From an uncultured Lachnospiraceae bacterium (GTDB taxonomy: Bacteria > Bacillota > Clostridia > Lachnospirales > Lachnospiraceae): 64,000 nt of DNA. A program made the position numbers and the translations under genes. Numbering within the stretch: the stretch's first letter is position 1; each line of letters opens with the position of its first letter. The notes under the pieces are model-generated. The model made no database searches. It saw nothing but the letters and a program-made list of their open reading frames with translations, and had not been told where the DNA came from. The stretch spans positions 877 through 64,876 of the forward strand of contig CAMVHB010000002.1 in the NCBI GenBank assembly GCA_947167155.1. The letters are read 5' to 3'. Of this stretch, positions 57,593 through 64,000 are shown in pieces.

Positions 57593-58375
57593 TTAATATC
57601 TTCTTACTACAGAACGGACAACCAGTGAATCCGTGGGGATGCCCTCTTCTGAGGCCGCGCATATCGCTGCTGCTATGGCAGCGGCTATCTCTTCATCATT
57701 TCCGGCACTCGAACTTGAAACTCCATTGGTTTCACCGACCGCAGGTACCAAATGCTCTGAAGTACTCCTGCTGTTTTCAAGTGCCTTCTTCTTTTCCTCG
57801 CTCCTCTTCTGAGCCATATTTATGAGCTTGAAGGAAGAGATGAGAAGTGATATGAGCACCAGCACCGCAAAGACTATGCAAAGACCGATAATGGTATTCA
57901 ACCCTGCCTTACCCATGGTCTCACCGAGCGAATAGACCGGATTGATGTTGATGCTTGAGATCTGCATGTTGTAGGTCTTGTATGTGGTGAGAAGCTTCGC
58001 GTCCCTGTTTGTGAATGCCATTGTAAGGGTCGTGGTCAGGGATTTTCCGGTCTTGTCAATGGAAAAGTCTGAGAATCCCAGAAATTCGCCAAGTTCAGGC
58101 GAAGCCTTTGCCCAATCACCGATCATCACAGAAAATATCTTGAATTGATCCGCTTCTACTCCGGATGTGACCTGGGACTGCTTTAAATACTGTTCGGAAA
58201 GCTGTGACGCCTGATCGCCGGGTACCGCAAGTACTGTCTGAGCAAGCCTTTCAGCTTCATCTTGAAGATCTGCGGCAGTGTAATCACCGTATTGATCCTC
58301 CTGTCCCTTGGCGCCGCATGCGCAGAATGAAAATACCATTACGAGGGAAAGAAGCGTGATTATTATCTTTTTCAT
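57593..58375 (-). CDS. lipoprotein domain fused to an OadG/MmdD-like decarboxylase small subunit
   Basis: Signal and lipobox-like 'VFSFCACG', then an extracytoplasmic domain of about 140 aa. An OadG-like TM segment 'IIGLCIVFAVLVLISLLISSF' follows, then an Ala-rich tail 'EEIAAAIAAAICAA'. Confidence 0.6.
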   Translation of the reverse strand: MKKIIITLLSLVMVFSFCACGAKGQEDQYGDYTAADLQDEAERLAQTVLAVPGDQASQLSEQYLKQSQVTSGVEADQFKIFSVMIGDWAKASPELGEFLGFSDFSIDKTGKSLTTTLTMAFTNRDAKLLTTYKTYNMQISSININPVYSLGETMGKAGLNTIIGLCIVFAVLVLISLLISSFKLINMAQKRSEEKKKALENSRSTSEHLVPAVGETNGVSSSSAGNDEEIAAAIAAAICAASEEGIPTDSLVVRSVVRRY

Positions 58376-58387
58376 TTTTCCTCCCGC

Positions 58388-59785
58388 TTAATATTCTTCC
58401 TTTGTCGCAAGCATATCAAATGCAGCGATCAGGTACTTCCTTGTGTCGGCAAAATCAAGTATCCTGTCAACGAAACCGTGACGCGCTGCATTTACAGCTC
58501 CGCACTGCTTTTCGGAAAATTCCTTTCCGGCAGCAGAAGCATCGGTTCCAAGTTCTTCCGCCACAAGGGCTCCCGCCTTTGAAGGATCCATGGAAGCTAT
58601 GTCCGTATCCTCATAAGCATATACCACATCCGCCCCCGTGCTCTTTGCACTGAGGAAAAGATAGCCTGTCCCGTAAGCCTTGTTGAGAAGGACCGTAACC
58701 TTCGGAACAGCTGACTCAGCAAATGCATAGGAAAGTGATGCAAGAGCTCCCGGAAGATCTCTTTCGCTTTCCTCGGTCCTTTTAAAGCCGTCACAATTGA
58801 CGAGCGAAAGAACAGGAATTCCAAAGCTGTCGCAGAAGTTCACGAAATCTGCAAGCTTTTCCGCTCCCCTTGCACAAAGAGGATAATTTCCGTCCGGATC
58901 GGCGGAATTTCCGGCAACACCAACCGTCTGTCCGCCAAGCTTGATAAAGCCTGTCACTGCGGAAGGAGCAAAACCGCCCTTTGTCTCCACGAACACATTC
59001 CTGTCGGCGATCTCTGTGGCATAAGCCCTGATATCACTCCTCTTTTCGGATATGCCTGCCGCCGCACGGTTGAGGTCGTCCTCAGGATCATCCATCCTTC
59101 CGCCCTCACGGTCGCAGCCGGGTATCATTGAAAAGAGCTGCCGAAGTGACGAAGCTATCTCTTGAAGAGAGCCTGTTCCGTCAACCACTCCTGTATTTTT
59201 GTACTGGTAATCGGGAGCTGAAAGATCGTTCTTTGCCGCGGAATTTCCGGGGATCGAGTCGGGAGAATTTACAAAAAGGGATGCCCCTTCTGCCATAAAG
59301 CAGAAATCTGAAAGTGAAGCGATAGCGGAAGCTCCGCCGCCTGCCTTTCCGCAGATCACAGTATAGAATACGCTCCTGCCCTTGATGTCAGTTATCTTTT
59401 TGATGATGCTTCCGACTGCCTCGATCGAGTCAAGAGACTCGGAAAGCCTGATGCCCGATGAATCAAGAATGCCTACGACGGGAGCGCCTACCTTCAAGGC
59501 TGTGTCAAAAAGATCTCTGATCTTTTTTGCGTGCATCTCTCCGATGCTTCCCTTCATTACCGAAGGGTCCTGCGCAAACACGAAGCAAAGCTCTCCATTG
59601 ATGAGCCCGTGCCCCGTGATGACACCATCGTTGTTCCCGGAGCCTTCATTCAAAAGAGCATTGAAATCCGTGTTTCTCCTTGTGACAAGAGAAAAAAGCT
59701 CGACGAAGCTGTTTTCATCAAGGATGCTCTCGATCCTTGAAAGCGCCGGGCTCTTTGAAACTCCTTCCATTTTCATTTCCTCCAT
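58388..59785 (-). CDS. acyl-CoA carboxyltransferase (MmdA/PccB/12S family), divergent
   Basis: Family pattern 'VITGHGLINGELCFVFAQDPSVMKGSIGEMHAKKI' and 'ICGKAGGGAS'. It is shorter (465 aa) than typical members. Confidence 0.75.
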   Translation of the reverse strand: MEEMKMEGVSKSPALSRIESILDENSFVELFSLVTRRNTDFNALLNEGSGNNDGVITGHGLINGELCFVFAQDPSVMKGSIGEMHAKKIRDLFDTALKVGAPVVGILDSSGIRLSESLDSIEAVGSIIKKITDIKGRSVFYTVICGKAGGGASAIASLSDFCFMAEGASLFVNSPDSIPGNSAAKNDLSAPDYQYKNTGVVDGTGSLQEIASSLRQLFSMIPGCDREGGRMDDPEDDLNRAAAGISEKRSDIRAYATEIADRNVFVETKGGFAPSAVTGFIKLGGQTVGVAGNSADPDGNYPLCARGAEKLADFVNFCDSFGIPVLSLVNCDGFKRTEESERDLPGALASLSYAFAESAVPKVTVLLNKAYGTGYLFLSAKSTGADVVYAYEDTDIASMDPSKAGALVAEELGTDASAAGKEFSEKQCGAVNAARHGFVDRILDFADTRKYLIAAFDMLATKEEY

Positions 59786-59805
59786 CTTGTAATTAATATA
59801 TAACT

Positions 59806-60396
59806 TCAGACAGTGATGATATCATCATTGTCCTTGTTTACCGCTCCAGCCTCTTCCTCGGCTTCCTTCCGGTACTTCTCGAGAAGATCCTCCGGGGGCT
59901 CGGGGAGATCCTTGATATCCGAAACGCCAAACGAACGGAGAAATTCCTCCGTCGTTCCAAAAAGCATCGGTCTTCCGGGTGCATCAAGCCTTCCAACCTC
60001 GCAGACCAAGTCATATTCCACCAGCTTGTTCACGGCATGCTCGCTCGAAACTCCCCTGACCCTCTCGATCTCAGCCTTTGTCACCGGCTGCTTGTAGGCA
60101 ATGACGGAAAGCGTCTCGAGAAGCGTATCCGTAAGCACCCTCTTCTTCGGCTCCTTCGCTATCCTGATGAGATAAGGATAGATCTCCGCCGAAGAGGACA
60201 TCTGATATGAATCGTCAAGCTTTGTGATCCTTATTCCCCGGCGGTTGCTCTCATACTCCGCAGCAAGGACCGAAAGAAGACCTTCGGCTTCTTCCTTTGA
60301 GATCTCGAGAGCCGAGGCTATCGTACTTGAGGATACTGAATTTCCCATAACGAACAGTATTCCTTCGACCGCTGATTTTAATTCTTCTCTATCCAT
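59806..60396 (-). CDS. scpB: segregation and condensation protein B
   Basis: 'VEGILFVMGNSVS', lying downstream of scpA. Confidence 0.9.
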   Translation of the reverse strand: MDREELKSAVEGILFVMGNSVSSSTIASALEISKEEAEGLLSVLAAEYESNRRGIRITKLDDSYQMSSSAEIYPYLIRIAKEPKKRVLTDTLLETLSVIAYKQPVTKAEIERVRGVSSEHAVNKLVEYDLVCEVGRLDAPGRPMLFGTTEEFLRSFGVSDIKDLPEPPEDLLEKYRKEAEEEAGAVNKDNDDIITV

Positions 60397-60408
60397 TATT
60401 TTTCCCGA

Positions 60409-61167
60409 TCAGGCGGCAGACAAACGTGATTCTATCATAATATCCGAAAAAATGCTCTCTTGTTTTGTAAATATTTCTCCGGATTTGATAAGTTCAAGCA
60501 CAGCAAGGAAAGTAACTATGATCTCCGTCTTTGTGGACTGCTCCATCAGAAGCTCTCTGAAGGAGAAACTCCTGTGTTTCAAAAGATAAGCCGAAACAAA
60601 GGCTATCTTTTCGTCTACCGTGACCTCCTCCTTCTTGATCCTGCCAAAGGAACTCCTCACGGGATCGACTCTCTTGTCAGCCCTCTTTAAGACCTCTTCG
60701 AATATCTCATTGAGCTTCGCAAGAGAAAGCCCCTTAACAAGCTCTCCGACATCTACCGGCTCCTCATAGGAAAGGATCTCCTCGGGTATCGAAGGCTTCC
60801 TGAAGCATACACAGCCCGCCTCTTCATTCATCTGGCGAAGCTTTTCGGATACATTCTTCACGATCCTGTATTCAATGAGCTTTCTGACAAGCTCCTCTCT
60901 CGGATCTTCCTCCTCGCCCGTAACGGTCTCCTCCTTCGGTAGCAGCATGCGGGCCTTTATGGAAAGTAATGTCGAGGCCATAACGAGGAATTCACTCATT
61001 ATATCAAGATCCCGCCTCTTCATCTCCTCGATGACATTCATATATTGCTCGGTGATCTCGGCAATAGGGATATCATAGATGCTTACTTTGTTCTTCTCAA
61101 TAAGGTGAAGCAGCAGATCCAGCGGACCTGAAAAAACCGGAAGCTTGAATTCTATATCCATTCCCAT
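60409..61167 (-). CDS. scpA: segregation and condensation protein A
   Basis: 'FSGPLDLLLHLIEKNKVSIYDIPIAEIT'. Confidence 0.9.
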   Translation of the reverse strand: MGMDIEFKLPVFSGPLDLLLHLIEKNKVSIYDIPIAEITEQYMNVIEEMKRRDLDIMSEFLVMASTLLSIKARMLLPKEETVTGEEEDPREELVRKLIEYRIVKNVSEKLRQMNEEAGCVCFRKPSIPEEILSYEEPVDVGELVKGLSLAKLNEIFEEVLKRADKRVDPVRSSFGRIKKEEVTVDEKIAFVSAYLLKHRSFSFRELLMEQSTKTEIIVTFLAVLELIKSGEIFTKQESIFSDIMIESRLSAA

Positions 61168-61236
61168 TACGATCCCCTCCCCGGGAAACCATCGTTAAAT
61201 AACACTCAAAGCCTGTCTACCAAGAAGCCACACAGC

Positions 61237-61265
61237 ATTATATACAATATGATGTAAAATGGCAA
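61237..61265 (-). promoter_or_regulatory. candidate scpAB promoter
   Basis: Minus strand TTGCCA, 17 nt, TATAAT. Confidence 0.5.
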
Positions 61266-61303
61266 GGAATGAAATACAAAATCTAGTGTGTCAGCAGGAA
61301 GTC

Positions 61304-62293
61304 CTAAAACTCGCTCTTCCTTTCCCGGCACATCAGCGCATATACGGCATCCCTGCAGGGAAGACCGTCAAAGAGCACCTTGTTCACGGCTTCCATTATT
61401 GGCAGGGTGACACTATATTTCTTCCCGAGGGCAAGGGCGGCTTTTGCTGAATAAACCCCTTCGACAACCATCTTTACTTCCTTTGTCGCCTCCTCCATAG
61501 TCTTTCCCTGACCAATGAGAATGCCCGCTCTCCTGTTTCTTGAATGCATGGAGTCGCAGGTCACGATAAGGTCTCCTATACCGGTAAGTCCGGAAAGCGT
61601 TGAAGGGTCCGCTCCGCAGGCTACAGCAAGGGCGCTCATCTCATGGACGCCTCTGGTGATAAGCGCCGCCTTTGCGTTGTCCCCGTAGCCGAGTCCGTCA
61701 GACATACCGGCAGCAAGTGCTATCACGTTTTTGAGAGAGCCACCGAGTTCTATCCCCTTCACGTCTGAGCTTTCATAAACACGAAACTCCGGATTCATGA
61801 AGGTCTCCTGGATGAAGAGCGCAAGGGACTTGTCTTTTGAGCCCGCGACGACAACGGTGGGAAGGGATTTGATCACCTCCTCAGCATGTGAAGGACCGGA
61901 AAGCACTGCGGTTCTTGCATCCTTGATCACATCCTCTATTATCTCTGTCTGAACGAAGAGACTACTCTCCTCTATCCCCTTTGAAACAACGACTATGGGC
62001 TGAGAGGGCTTTACGATGTTCCTGATCCTTTTTGCAGTCTCACGGGTAGCGGTTGAAGGAACAGCCATTACAATAAGCTCGGCATCTTTCAAAGCCTCAG
62101 AGATATCAGAGGTAATAACGAGCTCCTTTGGTATCAAAGAGCCCGGAAGCGAAGGATGGACTCTTTCATCTCGAAGCTTTTTTGCTTCCTCCTCCATAAA
62201 GGACCAGAGGATTACATCATGACCATTTTTTAAGAGCAGGACCGAAAGCGCCGTTCCCCAGGTTCCTGAACCCAGGACTCCTATCTTTGACAT
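61304..62293 (-). CDS. gpsA: NAD(P)H-dependent glycerol-3-phosphate dehydrogenase
   Basis: 'GSGTWGTALS'. der-plsY-gpsA synteny. Confidence 0.95.
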   Translation of the reverse strand: MSKIGVLGSGTWGTALSVLLLKNGHDVILWSFMEEEAKKLRDERVHPSLPGSLIPKELVITSDISEALKDAELIVMAVPSTATRETAKRIRNIVKPSQPIVVVSKGIEESSLFVQTEIIEDVIKDARTAVLSGPSHAEEVIKSLPTVVVAGSKDKSLALFIQETFMNPEFRVYESSDVKGIELGGSLKNVIALAAGMSDGLGYGDNAKAALITRGVHEMSALAVACGADPSTLSGLTGIGDLIVTCDSMHSRNRRAGILIGQGKTMEEATKEVKMVVEGVYSAKAALALGKKYSVTLPIMEAVNKVLFDGLPCRDAVYALMCRERKSEF

Positions 62294-63009
62294 TATTTTT
62301 CCTCCTTCTCTGCCGCTGAATTTTCCTCATCTGAAACAGGCTTTGAATGGAATGAAAGCTTGTTCTCGGTATGTGTGATGAGCCTTTTGATATTTGACCT
62401 GTGCTTGATCAAAGCTATAGTTCCTGTTATGACGCCGAAGGCCATGGCTTCATATATCTCCGTTCCCTGATAAGGGAGAAAGGAAGGGAGAAAGACTGCA
62501 AAACAAATGCATTGCGCTATCAGTGCAAGCGCCGCAAGTACTGACCCGAGCGACACATATCTTGTGAGAAGAACTGCGATCAGGAATACAAGAACACATA
62601 TCAGGATAGTTTTGGGAAAAGCGACCATCATAAGCCCAAGCGCCGTGGCTATGCCCTTTCCGCCAAGGAACTTGAGATATACGGGAAAGATATGGCCGAT
62701 AACTGCGCCAAAGCCCGCATATGCCATAAAAAGCCGTATTGACGCAAAGTCCAAAGCGCCCTGAATATTTGAAAAGATAAGGAAAGCCAGCGCTGCTGCG
62801 ATCACTGCCTTTAATACATCAAAGACAAGGGTGATAAAACCTGCCGCAGGCCCGAGCACGCGTAGTGAATTCGTCGCGCCTATATTCCCGCTCCCGTGGG
62901 TCTTCAGATCCACCTTTCGTATCCTCCCCATTATGTAGCCGAGGGAAATGTTTCCTATCGCATACCCCAGCACAAAAGAAAGAAGCCTGTATCCGACTGC
63001 CAAGATCAA
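62293..63009 (-). CDS. plsY: glycerol-3-phosphate acyltransferase PlsY
   Basis: 'HGSGNIGATN'. Polytopic membrane protein. Confidence 0.93.
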   Translation of the reverse strand: MILAVGYRLLSFVLGYAIGNISLGYIMGRIRKVDLKTHGSGNIGATNSLRVLGPAAGFITLVFDVLKAVIAAALAFLIFSNIQGALDFASIRLFMAYAGFGAVIGHIFPVYLKFLGGKGIATALGLMMVAFPKTILICVLVFLIAVLLTRYVSLGSVLAALALIAQCICFAVFLPSFLPYQGTEIYEAMAFGVITGTIALIKHRSNIKRLITHTENKLSFHSKPVSDEENSAAEKEEK

Positions 63010-64000
63010 TCCTCCTCGCCGCTCTTTACCCTGATAATGAAGTTGAGCGGCACTCCTTCAAACTCAAAGGCCTCACGCAGCCTGTTTTCAATGTATCTCG
63101 TATATGAGAAGTGCATAAGCTTCCTGTCATTTACAAAGATGACGAAAGTAGGCGGATTCACGGAGACCTCTGTCATATAAAAGATCTTCAGCCTCTTCCC
63201 TTTGTCTGACGGAGGCTGCTGCATCGCTACTGCTTCGGACAGTACCTCGTTCAGGACTCCCGTCGCAATACGTCTGTTCATATTCTCATATATCATGTCT
63301 ATCTTCTGAAAGACCCGATCGACCCTCTGTCCGGTCTTTGCCGAGATGAAGATAATGTCGGCATAGGGGATGAAGGACAGTGTCCTCCTGACCTCGCGCG
63401 CAAATTTTTCCGCTGTGCCGTTTTCCTTTTCGGGAAGATCCCATTTGTTTACGGCTATCAGTATTCCGCGCCCCTTTTCATGAGCTATCCCGGCTATCTT
63501 TGCATCCTGCTCGGTAACTCCACAAGACGCGTCTATCATCAGAACGACAACATCAGCTCTCTCCACGGCAGAAACGGCCCTTATTATACTGTAGCGCTCA
63601 AGGTTTTCCTTTATCTTGCTCTTCCTCCGAAGTCCTGCAGTATCGATAAGTATATAGTCTTTGCCCTGATATTTCACCCTCGTATCTATTGCGTCACGGG
63701 TAGTTCCTGCAATATCCGAGACTATGACACGCTTTTTCCCGGAAAGCCTGTTTACAAGAGAAGACTTTCCGGTATTGGGCTTTCCTATCACCGCGACCTT
63801 CGTGATCCCCTCTTCTTCATCGCTTTCAAAATCAGGCGGAAGGAGCTTTATCACCTCATCAAGCAGATCGCCGAAGCCGGACATCGAGGCTGCCGAGACC
63901 GGAAAAGGATCTCCGAGTCCCAGATTGTAGAACTCATAGATATCATCTTTGAATTTCTCGTATGAATCCACCTTGTTAACGCAAAGAACTGTGGGCTTCT
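63006..64000 (-). CDS. der: ribosome-associated GTPase Der/EngA (partial; N-terminus beyond the window)
   Basis: Second G domain 'GKPNTGKSSLVN' and a KH-like C-terminus. The frame stays open upstream of the track ATG ('KPTVLCVNKVDSY'). Confidence 0.93.
   Translation of the reverse strand, partial: KPTVLCVNKVDSYEKFKDDIYEFYNLGLGDPFPVSAASMSGFGDLLDEVIKLLPPDFESDEEEGITKVAVIGKPNTGKSSLVNRLSGKKRVIVSDIAGTTRDAIDTRVKYQGKDYILIDTAGLRRKSKIKENLERYSIIRAVSAVERADVVVLMIDASCGVTEQDAKIAGIAHEKGRGILIAVNKWDLPEKENGTAEKFAREVRRTLSFIPYADIIFISAKTGQRVDRVFQKIDMIYENMNRRIATGVLNEVLSEAVAMQQPPSDKGKRLKIFYMTEVSVNPPTFVIFVNDRKLMHFSYTRYIENRLREAFEFEGVPLNFIIRVKSGEED

Noticed and set aside
61259-61450. 63-aa plus-strand ORF in and next to the gpsA 3' end
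   Set aside because: It overlaps gpsA antisense and starts within the scpA promoter region. There is no RBS.

Overview
This 64-kb window looks like a Firmicutes/Clostridia chromosome, possibly Lachnospiraceae-like; that placement is inferred from gene content and order only. Every gene I can support lies on the minus strand, and the plus-strand track ORFs look like antisense shadows. Most of the window is conserved core. It includes der-plsY-gpsA, scpAB, rpsB-tsf, pyrH-frr-uppS-cdsA-dxr-rseP-ispG-polC, ppx-ppk, infC-rpmI-rplT, galE and tRNA-Glu(CUC)-rimP-nusA-ylxQ-infB-rbfA-nrnA-truB-ribF. I saw no transposase, integrase, CRISPR array, rRNA or recognisable defence genes. Non-core content falls in two blocks. 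Block 1 (1-15.7 kb) holds small enzymes, two gene remnants, a dispersed 29-nt repeat, a GH3 hydrolase, a DHPD-like flavoprotein and an amino-acid ABC importer operon. That operon is interleaved with an orphan PP2C phosphatase and a HATPase_c_2 kinase-like protein. Its substrate-binding domains look circularly permuted, it has a duplicated permease module, and its ATPase carries a degenerate kinase-like tail. This operon is my best candidate for an undescribed regulatory system. Block 2 (46.4-59.8 kb) holds a terminator-less cluster (membrane protein, OmpR-type RR, HK, lipoprotein, CheV, a 674-aa acidic/lysine-rich single-pass protein, hisH, hisF). It also holds a Na+-decarboxylase operon with two different carboxyltransferases. 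All functional calls rest on motif recognition by eye; no database search was run.
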